Made by a program: the position numbers and the translations under genes
DNA from: Octopus sinensis
Taxonomy: Eukaryota
Direction: 5' to 3'
Assembly (NCBI RefSeq): GCF_006345805.1
Contig: NC_043018.1
Span: 26,040,001 to 26,104,000 of the forward strand
Length of the DNA: 64,000 nucleotides
Notes under the pieces: model-generated
What the model saw: the letters and a program-made list of their open reading frames with translations, nothing else
Databases searched by the model: none
What the model was told of the DNA's origin: nothing
In this document: in pieces, positions 61,146 to 64,000 of the stretch
Numbering within the stretch: position 1 is the first letter of the stretch
Layout: the number at the start of each line of letters is the position of its first letter

Positions 61146-61150
<5 letters not shown>
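61000..61150 (-). mobile_element. Short TA-flanked element, family G (hammerhead-like motif at 61100-61135)
   Basis: Minus: TCTT-CTGTCGA-A-GAGC-GTAG-GCTC-GAGAC-GTA-AAAG; (TA)n on both sides. Confidence 0.65.
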
Positions 61151-61211
<61 letters not shown>

Positions 61212-61317
61212 GGCGGTGCCCAGCATGGCCACAGCTCATTAGCTGAAACTGGAAAAATCAAAATCATATATATATATATGTATGTATATCATTTCATTCA
61301 AACAAACTAACCCTAGC

Positions 61318-61462
61318 ATGCAACTGGTACTTAATTTATTGACCCCCGAAAGGAGAAAAGGCAAAGCCGACCTTGGCAGAATTTGAACTCAGAACGTAAA
61401 GACAGACGAAATACCCTAAGTATTTTGTCTAGCGTGCTAATGTTTCTGCCAGCTCGCCACCT
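61318..61462 (-). mobile_element. SINE family B
   Basis: Family consensus. Confidence 0.85.
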
Positions 61463-62014
61463 TTGGAGATTGCTCACATTGCTATTATTTGGTTCTTCTT
61501 TGTAAGTAGTCTGCCAAAACAGTCACAGAAGTCTGGTGCAGGCCTCTGCCAAGTAGTCCCACCCATGCTGATATAGAAGGCAGATATTAGATGACGATGT
61601 AGCCTAATTAGGTTTGGACATGGCTTAGATATTGGTGTCTAGTTTTGAGGAGGCTCTGTGACATATATTTATTCATAACCCCCACCAAAAAAAAACAAAA
61701 AACCATGGCTCTCTGTCACTTAGAGTGATGAGGGTTCCAATTAATCAGATCAGTAGGACAGCCTGCCCATGAAATTAATGTGCAAGTAGCGTAGAGAATG
61801 TGACAAGGTTGCCCCTTTGTAATTACAGGTACTACTCACTTTTGCCAGCTGTGTGAACTGTAGCCACATCAAATAAAGTGTCTTGTTCTAGGAGACATCA
61901 TGCCACCAGGAATTGAACTCCTGCCTTAACAATTGTGAAATGAATTTCTTGACCACAAAGCCATGTGGTGCCTCCCCTTATTTATTCTTAAATGCATTCA
62001 TATAAACATACATA

Positions 62015-62283
62015 TACTGTGCCGGTGGCATGTGTAAAAAGATTCGAGCGAGGTCATTGTCAGGACCGCCTGGCTGGCCCCCATGCCGGTGGCACATAAA
62101 AAGCACCCTCTACACTCTCGGAGTGGTTGGCGTTAGGAAGGGCATCCAGCTGTAGAAACTCTGCCAGATCAAGACTGGAGCCTGGTGCAGCCATCTGGTT
62201 CACCAGCCCTCAGTCAAAATCGTCCAACCCATGCTAGCATGGAAAGCAGATGTTAAACGATGATGATGATGGTGATAATGATG
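62015..62283 (+). mobile_element. SINE family C
   Basis: Family consensus with (GAT)n tail. Confidence 0.9.
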
Positions 62284-62669
62284 ACTGCATAACATGATGT
62301 TGGCATATGCATGAACGTGTGTGTGTGTGGTGTGTGTTATTGGTTTCCACACACTTTCCGTCGGACAAAATTCCACTCAATTTTGACCCAAGGCTATATT
62401 AGGAGAGGCACTTGCCCAAGTGGGGAAACACCGTGCTGTTGGATCAAACCAGGAACTACATAATTATGAAGCAAACTTTTTTTCACCACAAAGCCATTTC
62501 TGTAAGAGACATTAATAGAGGAATCATAAATTTGTTGTTGTTGTTGTTGTATAGTTTGGGAAGTAACAATCCACCAATATTTATTGATTCATAATTCTGG
62601 CTTTTTTTTTTCTCTTTCCTACTGCACTATTATGAAGAAAAAAAATCCCTCCTTTCTTTCTCTCTCTCT

Positions 62670-63030
62670 GACACACACACACACACACACACACACCATC
62701 CACACACACACACACACACACATCCACACACACACACACATCCACACACACACACATCCCCACACACCCACACTCCACACACACACACATCCACACACAC
62801 CGCACATCACCACCACACCACACACATCCCACACACACACACTCACACACACACACACACATCCACACACACACACACATCCACACACACACACACATCC
62901 ACACACACCCACACACATCCACACAACCACCACCATCCACACACACACACACCCACATCCACACACACACACACACACACACACATCCACACACACACAC
63001 ACTATCCACACACACCCACCACCACACAAC
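62670..63030. repeat. (CA)n/(CATC) microsatellite block
   Basis: Direct reading. Confidence 0.97.
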
Positions 63031-63714
63031 CATATTCTTAAATGATGATTCCTATAAGGCATACCAAACAAATAAACTCATCAGTTGTGTTTGTTTGGTG
63101 GGTTTTTTTTTCTTCTTTTCTAACTGCAAAAGCAAAGAGCAACTGTGCATTTTTATTCCTGACCAAATGTTTCTGAAATGAAATGTCTGTGAATCAAATC
63201 CTTTTGTTCCACTGCTGCTTTATAGAACATAATCTTAATAAAAATCTATCAGCATTAGCAGCTGCCAAAACCTTTTGTTAGCCTGATTTCCTTCCATTTC
63301 CTTCTATTTCTTTCTGTTAAAACTTCTGACCCTTTCAGTAACATAACTAACATAACCACAGAGCCTCTACATAGAGCATCAACCTGCTAGAACAGATCCT
63401 TCCCCGTTGACACCAACCCCATGGTAAATTAAACACACACCCTGGCGTTGGCTTTTAATGAAATATGTAGAAAAGAATATATTGGATATTGGATGATGTA
63501 GTCCTATTTACAGAATGCCTGAGATGAGAAAATGATGGCATGATCTGTTCTGAAATGTATTTCGTCATAGGTCGCCTCATTAAGGATCTGACCTAGGGCT
63601 AAACAACAGTCTTATTCCAGTGTCTTTTTTTTTTTTCTTTGAGCTTCAGGACTCATAAAACCAGTTACCCAGATTCCATGATGTGTCAGTTCTAGGTGCA
63701 TGGCTCATTCAGCT

Positions 63715-63858
63715 TCATTCAGTTTCCATCTGCCAAATCCACTCACAAGGCTTTGGTCAGCCTGAGGCTATAGTAGAAGACACTTGACCAAGGTGCCATG
63801 CAGTGGGACTGAACTTGAAACCATGTGGTTGAGAAACATGCTTCTTACCACACAGCGA
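63715..63858 (-). mobile_element. SINE family A, 5' part
   Basis: Family consensus. Confidence 0.85.
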
Positions 63859-64000
63859 CACCTTATTCCAAGATCATGGAAAAGCTGGTCAAGCTGTTGA
63901 GCTTCAGATCAAGTCTGATTCAGTGCATTTATGATTGCTACAAATTCCGGTTTTTTTTTTCCCTGTTCTCTCTCATACTCATTTTTTAAAGACTTAAATA

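Noticed and set aside
63339-63390. ITNITTE heptapeptide shared with the candidate exon at 536-635
   Set aside because: Short, built from AT-rich codons, opposite strands, no flanking similarity; compatible with chance

Overview
AT-rich animal genomic DNA saturated with repeats. The SINE, MITE and microsatellite families look like those of octopod cephalopods (Octopus sp.); this is inferred from repeat recognition, not from a database search. There is no long genuine ORF. Nearly all supplied ORFs are (TA)n/(CA)n/(TATG)n microsatellite or SINE read-throughs, and the rest are decayed transposon fragments (RTE, CR1/L2 and R4/Dong-like LINE 3' ends, a mariner). About 60 tRNA-derived SINE copies fall into several families (my working labels A-F), many in inverted pairs, alongside hAT-, piggyBac-, Helitron- and Helentron-type non-autonomous elements. 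Host-gene signal is limited to small candidate exons; the best is a phase-consistent three-exon module at 46660-47015 (+) whose product I cannot name. The most notable unexplained structure is a set of seven minimal type I hammerhead-ribozyme-like motifs in short, mostly TA-microsatellite-flanked elements. They form three groups with different catalytic cores: CCGAYGA, CUGUNGA and canonical CUGAUGA. Repeat boundaries are approximate (about +/-20 bp) unless a target-site duplication (TSD) or terminal inverted repeat (TIR) is quoted.
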